DNA from: Patescibacteria group bacterium
Lineage (GTDB): Bacteria > Patescibacteriota > Doudnabacteria > UBA920
DNA length: 64,000 nucleotides
Direction: 5' to 3'
Assembly: GCA_023484515.1 (NCBI GenBank)
Contig: JAMDAY010000028.1
Coordinates: 2,544 to 66,543, forward strand
In this document: positions 1 through 9,147 of the stretch, one piece after another
How positions within the stretch are numbered: position 1 is the stretch's first letter
Layout of the letters: each line of letters opens with the position of its first letter
Made by a program: the position numbers and the translations under genes
The notes under the pieces: generated by a model
Database searches by the model: none
The model's input: the letters and a program-made list of their open reading frames with translations, nothing else
What the model was told of the DNA's origin: nothing

Positions 1-2118
1 TTCAATTTTAAAACAAGGGTTTTAGACCTGCTGATTAACCAGGAGGACGCGGCCAGGAAATCTTACATGCTGTCTGAGATTAAAATTGACGTGCCTATAG
101 AAATACATTTGCCCAAATACCAATTTGCCAAGGAAAATTTTGAAACTGCCTTTAAACTGTTCCAGGATTTGGAATTTAAAAGCTTAATTTCCAAATTGCC
201 CAAGACATATGGTTCTACCATTACGCCGGAAAGATTTATCATCGCCGGCGCTGACACCCTCTCTGCCTCGTCTGACTCGGCATCTCCCCCAGAGGGGGAG
301 AAAAATAATGTGCTTCGCGCTATTGGCGAACAAAAATATCAATTAGTGGACACTTTGGAAATGCTGGAAAAAGCCGTCAAGGATTTATCCAGGCAAAACG
401 AATTGTCGGTTGACACGGAAAGCAACAGCTTAAGCGCCGTAGAAGCGGACCTGGTAGGCTTGGGCTTGTGCTGCAACCAAGGCAGTGCGTTTTACATACC
501 CGCCCAAATAGTAAAGCAGAGCGGTCTGATAAAGAAATTATTGGAAAGCGACGTTAAGAAAATCGGGCATAATTTAAAATACGATCTGTTAGTTCTGCAA
601 AATGCCGGCATTAACCTGAAAAATTTGTCGTTTGACACCATGATCGCGTCTTATTTGCTCAATCCCGGCACCAGGCAGCACAACTTGTCGTCCCTGGCTT
701 TTTCCGAGCTTGGCTACCATATGCAGCCCATAGAAGAGCTGATCGGCAAGGGCAAAAAACAGATTACCATGGACCGGGTGGACGTGGAAAAAGTTTCGCG
801 CTATTGCTGCGAGGACGTGGATATGGCCATAAGGCTAAAAACCTTGTACGCGCCGCAGTTAAGGCGGGAAAAATTGGACAAGATTTTTTACGACATAGAA
901 ATGCCTTTGGTGGAAGTTTTGGCGGCCATGGAACGGCAGGGGATTCTACTGGATTCGGGGCTCTTGAACCGGCTGGCCGGCGAGGCGGAAGTGGAAATTA
1001 AGCAGTTGGAAACTGAAATCCACAAGCTTACCGGCGAAGAATTTAACGTTAATTCACCCAAGCAGCTTAAGGAAGTCCTGTTTGACAAGCTCGGGCTGGT
1101 GCCGGTGGACAACAAGAAAACCAAGACCGGCTTGTCCACCGCAGCCGGGGAACTGGAAAAGATGCTCGGCCAGCATCCGGTTATTGAAAAATTGCTGGAA
1201 TATCGCGAACTGGCAAAGCTATATTCCACTTATTTGCTTGCCTTGCCTGCCTTGGTTTCCAAAAAAACTGCAAGGCTGCATACCAGTTTTAACCAAACCG
1301 TCACTGCCACGGGCAGGCTGTCTTCCAGCGACCCGAATTTGCAGAATATTCCGGTGCGCGGGGCGGGTTTGGGCAGTAAAATCCGGCAGGGCTTTGTGGC
1401 CGAACATGGCTACAAGCTTTTGTCTTTGGATTATTCACAAATAGAACTGCGCATTGTGGCGCACTTGGCCCAGGACCAAAAAATGTTGGAAGTGTTCAAG
1501 CGGGGGGAAGACATCCATACCATGACGGCCATGGAAATTTTTGGCGTGCCAAAGGAGCAGGTGACCAAGGACATGCGGCGGGACGCCAAAACCATTAACT
1601 TCGGAATCCTTTACGGGCTGTCGTCTTTTGGGCTGTCGTCGCGCATTGGCCAGGTGTCGCGCGCGGAAGCCAAGGAATTCATAGGCAAATATTTTGCGGC
1701 GTATCCGCGCATTCAGGATTACATAGACAACATTGTCAAAATTGCGCACGACCAGGGTTTTGTGGCAAACGAGCTCGGGCGTATTAGGCGCTTTCCGGAA
1801 ATTTACGCGCGGCAATGGGCCGTGCGCGCCGCGGCCGAGCGGGCCGCCATAAATTTTCCCATCCAGTCATTGGCCGCCGACGTGATTAAGGTGGCCATGA
1901 TAAATATCTACAAAGAACTGAAAGGCAAGGAACAGGAAATAAGGATGCTGCTGCAAGTGCATGACGAACTGGTGTTTGAGGTCAGGGAGGGGAAAGAGCG
2001 GGAATGGGCAAAAATACTTATACCCATGATGGAAGGCGCCATTAAGCTGTCCGTCCCCGTGCGCGTGGAAGGCAAGGTGGGGAAAAATTGGGGGGAGATG
2101 GAAAAAATAGAATTATGA
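1..2118 (+). CDS. polA: DNA polymerase I (5'-partial)
   Basis: Frame is open from base 1. Family A motifs TGRLSSSDPNLQNIP, DYSQIELR, AKTINFGILYG and QVHDEL; 3'-5' exonuclease-like domain (VDTES, GHNLKYD). Confidence 0.98.
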   Translation, partial: FNFKTRVLDLLINQEDAARKSYMLSEIKIDVPIEIHLPKYQFAKENFETAFKLFQDLEFKSLISKLPKTYGSTITPERFIIAGADTLSASSDSASPPEGEKNNVLRAIGEQKYQLVDTLEMLEKAVKDLSRQNELSVDTESNSLSAVEADLVGLGLCCNQGSAFYIPAQIVKQSGLIKKLLESDVKKIGHNLKYDLLVLQNAGINLKNLSFDTMIASYLLNPGTRQHNLSSLAFSELGYHMQPIEELIGKGKKQITMDRVDVEKVSRYCCEDVDMAIRLKTLYAPQLRREKLDKIFYDIEMPLVEVLAAMERQGILLDSGLLNRLAGEAEVEIKQLETEIHKLTGEEFNVNSPKQLKEVLFDKLGLVPVDNKKTKTGLSTAAGELEKMLGQHPVIEKLLEYRELAKLYSTYLLALPALVSKKTARLHTSFNQTVTATGRLSSSDPNLQNIPVRGAGLGSKIRQGFVAEHGYKLLSLDYSQIELRIVAHLAQDQKMLEVFKRGEDIHTMTAMEIFGVPKEQVTKDMRRDAKTINFGILYGLSSFGLSSRIGQVSRAEAKEFIGKYFAAYPRIQDYIDNIVKIAHDQGFVANELGRIRRFPEIYARQWAVRAAAERAAINFPIQSLAADVIKVAMINIYKELKGKEQEIRMLLQVHDELVFEVREGKEREWAKILIPMMEGAIKLSVPVRVEGKVGKNWGEMEKIEL
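256..301. repeat. Palindromic repeat element inserted in frame in the polA interdomain linker
   Basis: ACCCTCTCTGCC..GGCATCTCCCCCAGAGGGGGAG forms two hairpins and translates as TLSASSDSASPPEGE. It resembles repeats I recall next to DUF559 nuclease genes. Confidence 0.6.
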
Positions 2119-2140
2119 ATTAAGAATTAGGAATTATGGA
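2105..2140. repeat. 7-bp tandem repeat (GAATTAN) across the polA stop
   Basis: GAATTAT GAATTAA GAATTAG GAATTAT. Confidence 0.8.
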
Positions 2141-2257
2141 AAACTGCTTGCACCTGATTCCCATCAACCAAGGTAATGAACTTGATCCTCATCGCGCAAA
2201 ACATGCGGAATCTGAAGAGTTGGAGGTTATGGCGGGAAGAATTAAGAAAGAAATTAA

Positions 2258-2920
2258 ATGAAAATTTTGGAAATTTACCGAAAATACCAAATAATGCCGC
2301 AGCAGGCGGAACATCAGTTTAGGGTGGCTGCGGTTGCGGATTATATAGTAAAAAATATTGCCCGTTCCGTGCCTGTTGCTTTGGATAGCGAGGCAATTAT
2401 AAAAGCCTGCCTGCTGCATGACATGGGCAATCTGGTAAAATTTGATTTTAACTACACCAGGGAAAAATTTTTGGGATTGATTGACGTTAAGACTTTGCCC
2501 TATTGGGAACAAACGCAGCGGGAATTCCGGAAAAAATACGGGACAAACAGCCACCAGGCGACCATGAAAATAATTGAAGACCTGGGCATAGGCGGCCGGG
2601 TAAAGGAGCTGGTAAATTGCATTGGTTTTACTACCGGCAAGGCCAATGCCGAAAGCGGGGATTTTGGCAAGAAAATTTGCGCTTACAGCGACATGCGCGT
2701 GGAACCGCACGGGGTGGTATCTTTGGAAGAAAGGTTTAGGGGCTTGCGTGAGCGCTACCGGAACCACCCTACGGACACGGGAAGCAAAAGGGAAGAATTT
2801 GAACAGGCCTTGCGGGAAATTGAAAAGCAAATTTTTAACCAAGCCGAGATTAAGCCGGAGCAGGTTAAAAACCAGGCAATTGCCCCGCTTGCGGAAAAAC
2901 TAAGGGATTTTGAAATTTAA
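2258..2920 (+). CDS. HD-domain phosphohydrolase-like protein
   Basis: EH...ACLLHDMGN...H...YSDMR pattern. Confidence 0.8.
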   Translation: MKILEIYRKYQIMPQQAEHQFRVAAVADYIVKNIARSVPVALDSEAIIKACLLHDMGNLVKFDFNYTREKFLGLIDVKTLPYWEQTQREFRKKYGTNSHQATMKIIEDLGIGGRVKELVNCIGFTTGKANAESGDFGKKICAYSDMRVEPHGVVSLEERFRGLRERYRNHPTDTGSKREEFEQALREIEKQIFNQAEIKPEQVKNQAIAPLAEKLRDFEI

Positions 2921-2981
2921 CTGAACAAATTTTAAATTTTCTGCTATCATAATAACAGAACAAATACAGTAAAAAATACAT

Positions 2982-3593
2982 ATGGCTTTATCTTTATACC
3001 ATCAACAATATGCCGCGCTTTCGGACGAGGAAATCCAGAAAAAATTGCAGCTTAAGGACATGGAGTTAAGGCAGGTTTTTTCCCAGATTTCCGTAAATTT
3101 TACCAATTCGCCCGTTACCGTGGCAGTATTCGGCTGCGGCGATCGGAGGCTTATTGCCGGGCATGAGGAAATTTTTGAAAAAATTTTGGGGCGGTCGGTG
3201 GAAATTACCACTTTTGACGTTACCACCGAACATTTACAAGGGGAAAAGAATATTGTCCAGCACGATTGCACCGAGCCTTTGTCCGAAGGCACGTTTAACA
3301 TAGTTTTTGCCCATTCCATGCTGAAGTTTGTGGAAGTGGAAAAGCAGTGGCGCATTATCCAAAATTCCTTCCAGGTGCTTACCGAAGGCGGGGTAGCCAT
3401 ACATATTTTGGACGACCGCGACCGCGCCGGGTCGGGCCAGGCCGGAGCGGATTATTTTTCCGTGCCCTGGGGCAGGTGGAAAGTAAATTTAATGACCGCC
3501 CAAATCCCTTTTTTAGACATACCTTTCCAGCCTGTGGAGGGGGTGGATTACGAAATTCCGGCCTCGGCCCTGGTATTGTTAAAGCAGATATAG
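2982..3593 (+). CDS. Class I SAM-dependent methyltransferase-like protein
   Basis: VAVFGCGD motif I, TFDV, HDC, FNIVFAH, VLTEGG. Confidence 0.7.
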   Translation: MALSLYHQQYAALSDEEIQKKLQLKDMELRQVFSQISVNFTNSPVTVAVFGCGDRRLIAGHEEIFEKILGRSVEITTFDVTTEHLQGEKNIVQHDCTEPLSEGTFNIVFAHSMLKFVEVEKQWRIIQNSFQVLTEGGVAIHILDDRDRAGSGQAGADYFSVPWGRWKVNLMTAQIPFLDIPFQPVEGVDYEIPASALVLLKQI

Positions 3594-3638
3594 TAGTACT
3601 GCCCAGCGGGCATTAAAACAGCTTTATTTGCCAATCAT

Positions 3639-4652
3639 ATGAGCCAAGGAGAGCCTAAGGAAAAATTTCGGGGGGAAATAGTTATTTATCGCGACCAGGG
3701 CGGGCCGGAAATATCCATTAAGTTCCAGAATGGCGACCTTTGGGCCACGCAAAAAGAAATTGCCCAGCTTTTTGGCGTGCAGCGCGCGGCCATTACCAAA
3801 CATTTAAGCAATATCTTTAAGAGCGCGGAATTAAGCGAAAAAACAGTATGTTCCATTTTGGAACGGACTGCCGCTGACCTTAAAACTTACCAGACGAAGT
3901 ATTACAGCTTAGACGCGGTTATAGCCGTGGGCTACCGCGTCAATTCCAAAAAGGCTACTTTATTCCGCATTTGGGCAACGCAAAAATTAAAGGAATTGTT
4001 GTTAACGGGATATGCGCTGCAGGAACAGGCGTTAAAGGAGCAGCATAACCAAAAACTGGCGGAATTGCAGCAGGCTGTCCGGTTATTCCAGAATGTGATA
4101 GAAGCCAGGCGGGAAACGGGTTACGAAAAGGATCTGTTGAAATTAATTACGGACTACGCCAGTACCTGGGCTATCTTAAACGCCTTTGACCGGGGAACTT
4201 TGGAGGTGGGGGAAGTAAGCCACAGGGTTGCCCGCAGCCTGGAATTGGAAGAGGTAAGAAAAATTATCGGCAAGTTTAAAGCCAGGCTGGCCGGCAAAGG
4301 GCAGGCCGGTAATTTGTTCGGCAAAGAGAGTGGTGAAAGGCTGGCCGCCTTGCTGGCCGGCGTTTCCCAAACATACGGCGGGAAAGAATTGTACCCTTCC
4401 TTGGAAGAGAAAGCCGCGCATTTGCTGTATTTTACCATTAAGGACCATCCTTTTGCGGACGGCAACAAGCGCATCGGTTCCCTGCTGTTTTTGTTGTTCT
4501 TAATAGAAAACCACAGCCTTTACAATAGGAAGGGCGAACGCAAATTGAACGACAATGCCCTGGCTGCCCTGGCTTTGCTGGTTGCGGAAAGCAGACCGGA
4601 ACAAAAAAACGCGATGGTTAAGCTAGTTGCCAATTTAATTAGTAAAAAGTAG
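3639..4652 (+). CDS. RhuM-like DNA-binding / Fic-Doc fusion protein
   Basis: N-terminal LWATQKEIAQLF...YSLDAVIAVGYRVNS...FRIWA; C-terminal HPFADGNKR. Confidence 0.9.
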   Translation: MSQGEPKEKFRGEIVIYRDQGGPEISIKFQNGDLWATQKEIAQLFGVQRAAITKHLSNIFKSAELSEKTVCSILERTAADLKTYQTKYYSLDAVIAVGYRVNSKKATLFRIWATQKLKELLLTGYALQEQALKEQHNQKLAELQQAVRLFQNVIEARRETGYEKDLLKLITDYASTWAILNAFDRGTLEVGEVSHRVARSLELEEVRKIIGKFKARLAGKGQAGNLFGKESGERLAALLAGVSQTYGGKELYPSLEEKAAHLLYFTIKDHPFADGNKRIGSLLFLLFLIENHSLYNRKGERKLNDNALAALALLVAESRPEQKNAMVKLVANLISKK

Positions 4653-5344
4653 GGATTTTCGCTATAAATTAAAAATATTTTTTTCAAAATGCAGTGAAAA
4701 TTTGCATTGGCGGCGCATTCTAAAATAATTCTGGGGATAAGTTCAGCCAAAGAGAGTCAAATTAAAAAAAATCCTGATAATCATCGCTTAATTGGAAGCG
4801 GGCAAACTATTTGCCCGTTTGATATTTTAAAAATATAATAACTATAGTGTTAACACGGAAAAAGTTTAAACAAAACTTGGGGAACAAACACAAAATGCGG
4901 CCTCGCTTTTTCTTTTCGGTAAATGGGGAGAAAAGGCGAGGCTGGCAAAATATATCCGGCCGGCCGGATTTTATTTTTGAAATAACCGCGCCTTTTGGGC
5001 GTCTGCTTAAAAAGCATGTTGAAAATTATTTTTAAAAAAATTGAACTGGCGCTCTCCTGGCTAATTCATGTCCTGGCCGGATTGTTTTTATAGGCTGCAG
5101 CCAGGGTGAATATCCTCAAATATTAATTTTCCGCCTTAAGGCGGATTTTATTTTATGTATATAACTTTGCGGACCGTGAGAAAAAGGGCAGTCTTGGTTT
5201 TGTCCTGGCTGGTTCATAGCATAGGGAAAATATTGGTAAAAAAATAACCGGTGCTTTTTAAGTTTAAAGGATGTTGTTAGTCTTATAATTTGGCAGTTTT
5301 ACCTTAAGGGGCAATATTTTTGGGGAGAAAGCAAAACAGCTTAT

Positions 5345-8300
5345 ATGAAAACAACAATTTTAAAATTAGGGCGTATTTCTGGGATAACTTTAGTGGCAGT
5401 TTTGCTCGCGTGGCCTTTTGGTTTTGTTAAGGCGGACGGGCCTTATTTGACCTTAAGCTCTTTCAGCGGAACGCCCCAAACCATACAGGCCAGCGGCGGC
5501 GGCTGGACTCCCGGCGAAACCATTTCCATTTATTTGGGCAGCGCTGTCGGTTCTCCGGTCGCGACCGCTAAGGCGGGGGCGGATTCATTTTTCGGTCCCG
5601 TGGGCATAACCATTCCGGCCAATACCCCCCAGGGAGCTTTGCCTATAATCGGGGTTGGTTCAAGCGGCGGACAAACGGCGTCTAATAGTTTTTATGTAAC
5701 CAATTTTTATCCGGGCATTAATATTATATCTTCCAATAATACGCCTGGAAGTTCGGTAACGGTTGATGGCAGCGGTTTTGCGCCGGCAGAAACGGTAACT
5801 TTTACCCTGGGCGGCCAAACCGTAGGCACAATTTCCGCAGGCGATAGCGGCAGTTTTACGGGATTTTCATTTATTGTGCCGAACCTGGCGCCGGACACTT
5901 ACCAGCTTCATGCAATTGGCAGCCTTTCCGGGGCGGAAGCGATTGCCTATTTTTATATTGGCGGATTTTATCCCAGCGCCGCGCCCTCCGTTTATTATTT
6001 AATGCCAGGCGGGACGTTGAGTTTTTCCGGCAACAATTTTTCTCCCAACGAGACAGTTGACGTGTCGGCGGGGAATAATCCCGATCCGGTCAGCACGATT
6101 ATAGTTTCCTCGGCTGGAGATTTTGCCAATGCCGGATCTTACGAAATTCCGGCAAGCGCTATTGGCGGCATTATGACTTTCCATCTAAAAAGTTCAAAAA
6201 CCGGAACCGACATTCCAATAATGGTTACCATTGGCCAATTTAACGCTTTGGTTTCGCCGGATAATTATTTTTTGGTTCCCGGCCAGGCCATAAAATTTTA
6301 CGGACAGGGTTTCGCGCCGAATGAAAAGGTGGATGTTTTCCAAAACCAGGACAGCGCGGCGGTTGCGGTAATTGCCGCTGACAAGGGCGGCGGCTTTGCG
6401 GACGCGGGCAATTTAATAATTCCGTTCTCGGACGCGGGCAGGGATGTTACTTTTCGCTTTGTGGGCCAGCAAAGCAATACCGCTTCGGCGTTTACGGTTT
6501 CCGTGGGCTCTTTTAACCCCCAAATTACCCCTTCGGAATATTATCTGATTCCGGGCAAGAGCTTTACTGTTTGGGGAACGGGATTTGCGCCGGAAGAAGA
6601 GGTGTCGGTCCAGGCGGGAGGGGAGTCGGATGTAGTGGTAACGGACAAATACGGGGTGTTTCAGACTTCGGGCCCGTTTGCCGCGCCTTATTCCGGCAGT
6701 GACAATATCCGGGTCAAGGCTGCCGGTTTAAACAGCGGCGTTTCCGCGGATTTGGACATTGGGATAGGCGGATTGTATCCCAACATTGTCCCGGACAATT
6801 ATTATATATTGTCAGGCGGGAAAATTAACTTTAGCGGTTACGGATTTGCTCCCAATGAAAATGTTACCATGTCTGACGGCCAAGACGCACTTGCCGTTAT
6901 TCCGACTGATGAATACGGCAATTTTACGGGACAGGCCGTAACCGCGCCTTTTGGGCCTGACCGTAACGTTACTTATAAATTTACGGGGGACAAAAGCGGG
7001 GCCAGCGCCGGCGCAGACATTGCCATTGCCGCCTTGCGCCCTTTGGTATCTTTGGATAGCTATTATGCCACGCCGGGTTCCACTATATACGTTTGGGGCA
7101 TAAATTTTTCTCCCGGAGAAACCGTTACCGTTACGGCCGGGTCTTCCACTGCCGCGTCCTTAGTGGACAAAAACGGCGTTGCCAGCACCACGCCCATTGT
7201 TTTGCCGTTTAATAATTCTTCCAATACCTTAGATGTGGTAATGACCGGCAACACCAGCAAGGCCAGCGGTTTTGCCGCTTTGTCCTTAGCCCCTTTCCTG
7301 GCCCAAGTTTACCCCAGCACTTATTACACCGCGCCGGGAACCGTTATAACTTTCAGCGGTTCCGGTTATGCAAAAAACGAAAAAGTCAACGTAAATTTTA
7401 ACAACAGCCCTTTGGGTTTTGTAAACGCTGACGCAAATGGCGGCTTTAATACCACCAAAATTACCATTCCCGTAACAGCTTCGGGCAGCGCCAATTTTGC
7501 GTTTGTGGGCGCGCAAAGCAACGCGTCGTCTTCGGTTGACATTGCCCTGGCGCCGTTTATGCCGCAGGTTTCACCCAGCGCGTATTACACGGTTCCCGGA
7601 ACGCCCGTAACGTTCACGGGCAGCGGGTTTGCTCCCGGCGAAGAGGTGAAGATATTTTTGAACAATTCTCCGGCAGCCGCCGTGACTGCGGATGCGGAAG
7701 GAAATATTGCGTCCGGCCCCGTTACTATTCCGTTTACCGCCGCTACCGCTAATTTCACGTTTAGCAGCTCGGTGACAAATTATAATACTGTATTAGATAT
7801 TGGAGTGGGTCAGTTGAATCCGGGTATTGTGTTAAGCGGTTATTATGGTTTTGGCGGGCAGCCGTTAAGCATTAACGGCCAGGGATTCGGCGGCAATGAA
7901 AAAGTGGACATAACTTTTGCGGGCGAGGCTTTGGGTAGCGCAAACACGGACGCGGCCGGGAACTTTACACTGAATACCGCTGTCCCTTATGCGGCAGCCG
8001 GGGACAAGGCGGTTAAAGCGATAGGGGAAAGCAGCGGGGCGCAAGCAAGCGCGACTTTTACCGAGCCGCAGGCTTACGTTAACGTCCAGCTCGGCTCCTA
8101 TGCCGGGGCGCCGGGCAGCGCGATAAATTTTATCGGTTCGGGATTCCTGCCTAACGAACCGGTGGAAATTACCACGGACCGGACAGGCAGCGCCGCTGTC
8201 CATACCATTGTAGCCGATGCCAAAGGCAGCTTTAACGACAGCGGCTATGTTGTCCCGCCTAATTTTGCCGAGGGAAATTTAAACCTGGCCATAACCGGCA

Positions 8301-8350
8301 CTTACAGCAAGTCTGTAACCGATATTGTTTATTACGTGGCCGGGAAGTAG
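5345..8350 (+). CDS. Large secreted/surface protein with ~11 tandem ~90-aa Ig/TIG-like repeats
   Basis: Signal peptide; recurring P-x-x-YY-x-x-PG-x-x-I-x-F-x-G-x-GF-x-P-x-E-x-V motif. Confidence 0.85.
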   Translation: MKTTILKLGRISGITLVAVLLAWPFGFVKADGPYLTLSSFSGTPQTIQASGGGWTPGETISIYLGSAVGSPVATAKAGADSFFGPVGITIPANTPQGALPIIGVGSSGGQTASNSFYVTNFYPGINIISSNNTPGSSVTVDGSGFAPAETVTFTLGGQTVGTISAGDSGSFTGFSFIVPNLAPDTYQLHAIGSLSGAEAIAYFYIGGFYPSAAPSVYYLMPGGTLSFSGNNFSPNETVDVSAGNNPDPVSTIIVSSAGDFANAGSYEIPASAIGGIMTFHLKSSKTGTDIPIMVTIGQFNALVSPDNYFLVPGQAIKFYGQGFAPNEKVDVFQNQDSAAVAVIAADKGGGFADAGNLIIPFSDAGRDVTFRFVGQQSNTASAFTVSVGSFNPQITPSEYYLIPGKSFTVWGTGFAPEEEVSVQAGGESDVVVTDKYGVFQTSGPFAAPYSGSDNIRVKAAGLNSGVSADLDIGIGGLYPNIVPDNYYILSGGKINFSGYGFAPNENVTMSDGQDALAVIPTDEYGNFTGQAVTAPFGPDRNVTYKFTGDKSGASAGADIAIAALRPLVSLDSYYATPGSTIYVWGINFSPGETVTVTAGSSTAASLVDKNGVASTTPIVLPFNNSSNTLDVVMTGNTSKASGFAALSLAPFLAQVYPSTYYTAPGTVITFSGSGYAKNEKVNVNFNNSPLGFVNADANGGFNTTKITIPVTASGSANFAFVGAQSNASSSVDIALAPFMPQVSPSAYYTVPGTPVTFTGSGFAPGEEVKIFLNNSPAAAVTADAEGNIASGPVTIPFTAATANFTFSSSVTNYNTVLDIGVGQLNPGIVLSGYYGFGGQPLSINGQGFGGNEKVDITFAGEALGSANTDAAGNFTLNTAVPYAAAGDKAVKAIGESSGAQASATFTEPQAYVNVQLGSYAGAPGSAINFIGSGFLPNEPVEITTDRTGSAAVHTIVADAKGSFNDSGYVVPPNFAEGNLNLAITGTYSKSVTDIVYYVAGK

Positions 8351-8576
8351 CGCAATTGCCATCCTGTTTATGCGGGCAAAGATAAAAAAGTAAGCTGAAT
8401 AATTAAGCGCTTAAAACTATGCTGGTAACTTTGGCAATCATATTTCTTATAATTTGGGTTCTGGGAATGTTTCTGCATTTTCTTGGAGGGTTAATTTATA
8501 TTTTTTTGGTTTTGGCCATAATATTTGCCATAATCCATTTTATCCGCCGCGCGGTATAGGGCCTGCAGAATAAATT

Positions 8577-8624
8577 AAATTTTAACAGCCGTTTATGTTT
8601 ACGCATAAACGGCTGTTAAAATTT
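8577..8624. terminator. Long inverted repeat, probable bidirectional terminator
   Basis: ATTTTAACAGCCGTTTATG-6 nt-CATAAACGGCTGTTAAAAT. Confidence 0.65.
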
Positions 8625-8792
8625 GACAATAAGAATTTGCCAGTATATTCTTAAGGCAAGAATATCTCTTAATTAAGAAACAAAACCCAGCAGAGCTTCC
8701 TAGAAGGCCTCCGGTCCGGCGGCTAAAGAAAGCAAAACTGGGCATATTTTTTCTTAAAAAATTTGGAAAAATTAACCGAGAAACCCAAACCA

Positions 8793-9146
8793 ATGACCAA
8801 ACCTCAAAAAATCTGGCTGTCAGTATTTTTAGCAATGTTCCTAATTCCTGAACTATTATGGAGCCCGATAGGGAATTTTGCGTATGAATGGTTCCAAAAT
8901 ACAAACTCAGTCGTTCCTTTAAGAAATAACTTTTTAATGGATCTTAACAATATTAACTGGTTTAGCAGCGTAGTTTTTATCCAAATGGCGGGATTGCTAT
9001 TGCTGGTTGTGTATTTATTAATAATTAATAAAAATATTAAAAACAAATTGGCTTTATGGTCTGGCATAGTTTTGTCTTTTATATTGCTGGTTGCAGCGTT
9101 TTTTACTTTTGGCCTTTCGGTTTCCCTAAGGCATATAGGGTTTTAA
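8793..9146 (+). CDS. Small three-TM membrane protein
   Basis: AT-rich ORF with three hydrophobic segments, ending 1 bp before the next ATG. Start is uncertain (8763 or 8793). Confidence 0.7.
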   Translation: MTKPQKIWLSVFLAMFLIPELLWSPIGNFAYEWFQNTNSVVPLRNNFLMDLNNINWFSSVVFIQMAGLLLLVVYLLIINKNIKNKLALWSGIVLSFILLVAAFFTFGLSVSLRHIGF

Positions 9147-9147
9147 T

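Noticed and set aside
4653-5344. c-di-GMP riboswitch or small gene upstream of the Ig-repeat protein
   Set aside because: Only a short GGCAAAC hairpin without the second stem; ORF 4847-5035 has no supporting features.
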